From Elusimicrobiota bacterium (GTDB lineage Bacteria > Elusimicrobiota > Elusimicrobia > UBA1565), in the NCBI GenBank assembly GCA_043827405.1, contig JBDRPD010000062.1, positions 64,001-128,000 of the forward strand: a stretch of DNA of 64,000 bases, written 5' to 3'. The translations under genes and the position numbers were made by a program. Below, piece by piece: positions 63,235 through 64,000 of this stretch; position 1 is the first letter of the stretch; each line of letters starts with the position of its first letter. The notes below the pieces were generated by a model. That model was given only the letters and a program-made list of their open reading frames with translations, was not told the DNA's origin and searched no databases.

Positions 63235-64000
63235 GGCTCAGCCTACCGATCCCGCCCGGCTGGCGGAGCGTGTATGCGCCGGCGATCCGGCGGCGCTTGC
63301 CCGGGCGCTGACTTGGGTTACCAACGAGTCCGCGGGCCACGAGCAGGTCAGCCGCGCTTTGTTCGCCAGCCACGGCCGCTCGCACAAGGTCGGCCTGTGC
63401 GGGGCGCCGGGCAGCGGCAAGTCCTCGCTCGTCAGCCGCCTGGTGAGCTGGTACCGCCGGAGCGGCCGCACGGTGGGCGTCCTCGCGGTCGATCCGACGA
63501 GTCCCTTTACCGGCGGTGCTTTTCTCGGCGACCGGCTGCGCATTCAAGAGCATGCGCTCGACGAGGGCGTCTTCATGCGCAGCCTCGCGACGCGGGGAAT
63601 GATGGGGGGGCTCAACGCCAATATTTTCGGCGCCATTCATGTGCTGGAGGCCTATGGCTTCGACGTCGTCATCATCGAGACTGTGGGTACCGGGCAGGAC
63701 GAGGTGGATATCGCGGAAGTGGCCGATACTGTGGTTTGCGTTACGGCGCCCTACCAAGGGGACGAATACCAGGCGATGAAGGCGGGCGCGATGGAGATCG
63801 CCGATGTTTTCGCGGTCAATAAGGCGGACCTCGAAGAGGTGGACCGCGCGGTGGCGGCGCTGCGCGACGCCTTGAGCCTGGGCGAGCAGGATGAGAACGC
63901 GTGGTCCAGCACGGTCATGGCGGTCTCGGCGCTCACCGGGCGCGGCATCGATGAGCTGTGTGCCCGGATCGAGGAGCATCGCGAGTTTCTGGCCTCTTCC
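63221..64000 (+). CDS. meaB: Methylmalonyl-CoA mutase-associated GTPase MeaB (partial, runs off window end)
   Basis: Manual translation from ATG 63221: [54 protein letters not shown]. Not in the ORF track. Confidence 0.93.
   Translation, partial: MPAAKAQPTDPARLAERVCAGDPAALARALTWVTNESAGHEQVSRALFASHGRSHKVGLCGAPGSGKSSLVSRLVSWYRRSGRTVGVLAVDPTSPFTGGAFLGDRLRIQEHALDEGVFMRSLATRGMMGGLNANIFGAIHVLEAYGFDVVIIETVGTGQDEVDIAEVADTVVCVTAPYQGDEYQAMKAGAMEIADVFAVNKADLEEVDRAVAALRDALSLGEQDENAWSSTVMAVSALTGRGIDELCARIEEHREFLASS

Noticed and set aside
1037..63979. Many long antisense or alternative-frame ORFs (e.g. 6580-8106, 7967-9514, 23746-25176, 58181-60142) and the extension 45445-45924
   Set aside because: Shadow ORFs typical of high-GC DNA; they overlap well-supported genes and lack recognisable motifs.
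1..64000. IS elements, integrases, prophage genes, tRNA or rRNA
   Set aside because: None recognised by eye; a covariance-model scan was not possible, so small RNAs could have been missed.

Overview
GC-rich bacterial chromosomal window, densely coding (about 60 CDS). I found no rRNA, tRNA, CRISPR array or transposase. Gene content loosely suggests an anaerobic diderm such as Elusimicrobiota (weak inference). Housekeeping genes include ribD (partial), era, hemW, pckG, valS, mutY, rdgB, murC, rsmA and a split methylmalonyl-CoA mutase with meaB. Three toxin-antitoxin-like modules each carry a visible operator palindrome. Best candidate for an undescribed system: 20796-33278, where a lysine 2,3-aminomutase/SSS-transporter operon lies next to an operon for a YodT-like aminotransferase, a P5C-dehydrogenase-like ALDH, an omega-aminotransferase and a CatIJ-type 3-oxoadipate CoA-transferase. 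Together these suggest a B12-independent, acetylation-free lysine catabolic route: lysine -> beta-lysine -> 3-aminoadipate semialdehyde (1-pyrroline-5-acetate) -> 3-aminoadipate -> 3-oxoadipate -> 3-oxoadipyl-CoA. Second candidate: 37114-43507, a HydABC/NuoEFG-like flavin/Fe-S module with a NuoF-GltD fusion, co-transcribed with a stand-alone FMN glutamate-synthase domain. Also noted: many apparently leaderless promoters, an unlisted 37-aa membrane peptide ORF, and PilB and HD-GYP genes embedded in the mutase operon. All family assignments come from motif recognition and recalled sequences; no searches were run.
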